From NCBI GenBank assembly GCA_951406725.2, contig OX597826.1, forward strand, positions 53,320,001 to 53,384,000: a DNA stretch of 64,000 nucleotides. The letters are read 5' to 3'. Positions 60,813 to 64,000 of this stretch are shown here, piece after piece; the stretch's first letter is position 1; each line of letters begins with the position of its first letter. The DNA comes from Octopus vulgaris (Eukaryota). Under the pieces are notes generated by a model that ran no database searches, was not told where the DNA came from, and saw only the letters and a program-made list of their open reading frames with translations. The position numbers and the translations under genes are program-made.

Positions 60813-61700
60813 ATCCGTCATGCGCTGAAAAAGTATCCGACTTCATTTTTTCCTGCCCAAACTAATACTTCGTGGGCAAAAGTCTTTGGGTGAGAATGAC
60901 AACACCCTTCCTGCGTAAACCAGAAAATTGTCGCACCGATAGGCCTCGTCAGTTCCCGACTGTTAATCCTAGAGAATAGACGTGTAGTGCGCGCTCGTCG
61001 GGTTTTCGTTTTCAAGGTGCACGTCGAGCAAAAGCTTGGTGATACTCAAGCTCAAACCATCCAAAAGACTCAGCATTCCTTTGAGGATGATGCCATGCCC
61101 GCCTCAAATAAATAAAAGAGTGGTATACTGCTTCAGACAAGGCTGCACTTCAGTGGAGAGCGAGGAACACTCAGGCAGGCCATCCACAAGCCAAAACAAG
61201 GAGCCCATTGAGAAGGTTCGGCAAATAATCATGGAAGAACGTCATGTAACAATCCAGGAAATCGCTCACGAAGTGGGAATAAGTACAGGTTCAGTACATT
61301 CCATTTTAATGGAGGATTTGTGCATGCGGGGAGTGTCGGCGAAATTTATCCCCCAAGGCACTGTCGGAGAAGCGAAGCAATTCCGCATGGAAACTGGCTC
61401 AGGACATGCTGGAACTGTGCAAACCACGATTCATATTTCATGAAGGTCATCATCATTGGTAATGAGACATGGGCTTCTGGTCTCTGTTCGATGCGTTCGG
61501 TCATCTTATCTGAAAATCGAAATTCGACGAGCGTACACTATACATCTGTACTCTATGCGTAACAACCGGGGACTGCAGGCGCAGAAATTCTAATGCGTGC
61601 GCAGGAGGGGTGGCATCACCTCTCACTCACAGATTTTGCTGGCGTGGCATAAGTTTTGGCAGGGATAAATTGTCGCATGCTTTTTGAGCGCACTTAGTAT
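60813..61700 (+). mobile_element. Internally deleted mariner element with both TIRs
   Basis: SVESEEHSGRPSTS..IEKVRQII..TIQEIAHEVGISTGSVHSIL.EDL.MR.VSAKFIP and IIIGNETW. Degenerate inverted ends tgcgctgaaaaagtatccgac / gtcgcatgctttttgagcgca. Confidence 0.85.
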
Positions 61701-61775
61701 ATGTGTATATACACTTGTATATGGAGAGTGTCTCCTTGTCTTGACACCACATGATGGTTGTATACAAGATTTACC

Positions 61776-62008
61776 TATTTCTTTATTACCCACAAGGGGC
61801 TAAACACAGAGGGGACAAACAAGAACAGACATAGGTATTAAGTCGATTACATCGACCCCAGTGCGTAACTGGTACTTAATTTATCGACCCCGAAAGGATG
61901 AAAGACAAAGTCGACCTCGGCGGAATTTGAACTCAGAACGTAACGGCAGACGAAATACCGCTAAGCATTTCGCCCGGCGTGCTAACGTTTCTGCCAGCTC
62001 GCCGCCTT
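61776..62008 (-). mobile_element. Group C SINE
   Basis: 18-bp TSD ttgtatacaagatttacc at 61758-61775 and 62009-62026. Confidence 0.93.
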
Positions 62009-62718
62009 TTGTATACAAGATTTACCATCATACCAATACTGTCCTTCATTCCCAATCCGTATAAATATACTGTATCTGGCCATGGAAGAAACGTTACTTT
62101 GCTTGGAAACAGGTGAGAGCATTCTCCATGTAGGAAATCTACCTCAATGAATTTAGTATAAGCATGACGAAGTAGACATTAAAACGATGGTGGCTTTATA
62201 CTGACATTGCATAAATTCCTACAACAAAATTGTAGGACGATTATAACCAGCCGACTTCATGATTTGATTTTGCCAATTACTAATTAATTGACCCAATTAC
62301 CATAGAAAGAATATTAGAAAGTTCTATTTTTAGTATTACTGTTTACCCCCTGTAGTTAGTTATTAGTAATGGCGCTATAGTACATGGATACCTCGTGTCT
62401 TTTGGATTTGCTTGCAATAACATCTGATAATTTCCCAGTTAATCCAATTGAAATAAAGCTGGAGTATGAAGACACCGCAAACGAGAGCTGTCAACTGTTT
62501 CACTCAAATATATCAAGCAAGAAAAGAAATCAACTTTATTCACCGCGAAGGAATTAGCTCACTCTAGAATGTAAGGGAGGTAATTCTAATGTTATAAATT
62601 TAGGAGCCCAGATGAACTATAATTGGACATAGTAAAGTTGATCGAAGCGCAATCACAATTTATCAAAATCATTTAGTAGTATGTGTGCGTGTGTGTATTT
62701 TCATATATTCGAACTATC

Positions 62719-63102
62719 GTGGAGGCGCAATGGCCCAGTGGTTAGGGCAGCGGACTCGCGGTCATAGGATCGGGGTTTCGATTCCCAGACCGGGCGTTGT
62801 GTGTGTTTATTGAGCGAAAACACCTAAAGCTCCACGAGGCTCTGGCAGGGGATGGTGGTGATCCCTGCTGTACTCTTTCACCACAACTGTCTCTCACTCT
62901 TACTTCCTGTTTCTGTTGTACCTGTATTTCAAAGGGCCGGCCTTGTCACTCTCTGTGTCACGCTGAATATCCCCGAGAACTACGTTAATGGTACACGTGT
63001 CTGTGGAGTGCTCAGCCACTTACACGTTAATTTCACGAGCAGGCTGTTCCGTTGATTCGGATCAACCGGAACCCTCATCGTCGTAACCGACGGAGTGCTT
63101 CC
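62719..63102 (+). mobile_element. Group A SINE (long tail)
   Basis: TSD attcgaactatc at 62707-62718 and 63103-63114. Confidence 0.92.
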
Positions 63103-63137
63103 ATTCGAACTATCAGTTGGTCTGTTCAGAATTCAAT

Positions 63138-63280
63138 AATATTTACTCGTGTAAGTCGCATTCAATTTTTTTATTTGCTTCTTATAGTTTTAGATTTGTC
63201 TTGTGCATAAGTCGCATTCCAGTTTTTTCAGTTAAAATCATGTACTATATAGTGAAATTTGTATATAAGTAAATACGGTG
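63138..63280. mobile_element. Short pogo/Tc2-type MITE relic
   Basis: atatttactcgtgtaagtcgca ... agtaaatacggt ends and an internal repeated taagtcgcattc. Confidence 0.45.
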
Positions 63281-64000
63281 CATTACAGGAAATATTAAAA
63301 AAACTAGCTGAACCTGTGGATATTTCTCAGAATTAATGGTAAACCTGTTGGGTTATTTCTGAAAATTTAATCTAAAAATCCTGAATGCGTAGCCTGTGTT
63401 GTATGTCTGGAAAGATAGTAACTCATCTGCTATTCATTGTAAAATGAAAGAAATTAGAATACGATGATTACTTAATGCACTTTATATATACACTTTATAT
63501 ACTTTAGACACCATTTTATAGACTTTAGACACCATTTTATACACAGCACTCATAAAATAAATATTCACTCTCTCATAAACAAAAGAAATCCCGTACATAT
63601 GATATAGCCTTTACTTAAATTGCGTATATCTGCCACTTAATTAGGCGTGAATATTTCACGGAATTGCACTTATGCGTTAAGTGATAGGTGATATAAAAAA
63701 AAGTTAATTAAATTTTAAGCAATAGCACTTTTCACTATCCAATCGCCACCACCTCGATCTCTATCATCATCCTTCTCTCTCCCTCTCTCTTTCCTCTTTC
63801 CCTTCACTCTCTCTCTGTCTTTCTTTAACCTCACCATCTGAACATTACCCCTCTACTGAAATATCTTTAACTCTCCTCTATACCATCACTACCTTCAACT
63901 AGTTTTTTTTTTTTTAACCACATAATAAAAATTACGTTCCCTTTACCTCATGTCATTGACGCTTCTCTCTGCCTCTTTTCGTCTCGCTCTCTTTTTCTCT

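Noticed and set aside
62719-62795. tRNA-like sequence with A and B boxes
   Set aside because: No proper acceptor stem or terminator, and it continues into a SINE body flanked by a TSD: a SINE head, not a tRNA gene.

Overview
AT-rich, microsatellite- and SINE-dense animal genomic DNA. The SINE families resemble those described from octopus, so a coleoid cephalopod source is inferred but not proven. The window holds the middle of one large + strand formin gene of the INF2 (inverted formin 2) type. Nine GT-AG exons join in one continuous reading frame: 14055-14170, 29603-29762, 38188-38369, 48116-48195, 49282-51374, 56047-56207, 56409-56567, 57805-58062 and 60021-60199. They encode part of the DID/DD, a very long low-complexity linker, a polyproline FH1 and the N-terminal part of FH2. 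The first coding exon(s) and the C-terminal exons were not found in the window. The introns and the upstream 14 kb contain three SINE groups (many with clean TSDs, some nested or chimeric), RTE, CR1-like and L1/Tx1-like LINE relics, mariner relics, a Chapaev3-like DNA transposon, a piggyBac-type MITE, Helitron-like elements and fold-back elements. Most notable: (1) two hammerhead ribozyme motifs with intact catalytic cores plus several decayed ones, one intact core lying on the sense strand of a formin intron; (2) a symmetric, stop-free 210-bp candidate cassette exon; (3) an intronic copy of part of the gene's own large exon; (4) substitutions at conserved DID and FH2 positions; (5) a LINE 3' end that shares its tail with a SINE family. 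All homology calls come from motif recognition by eye, with no database search.
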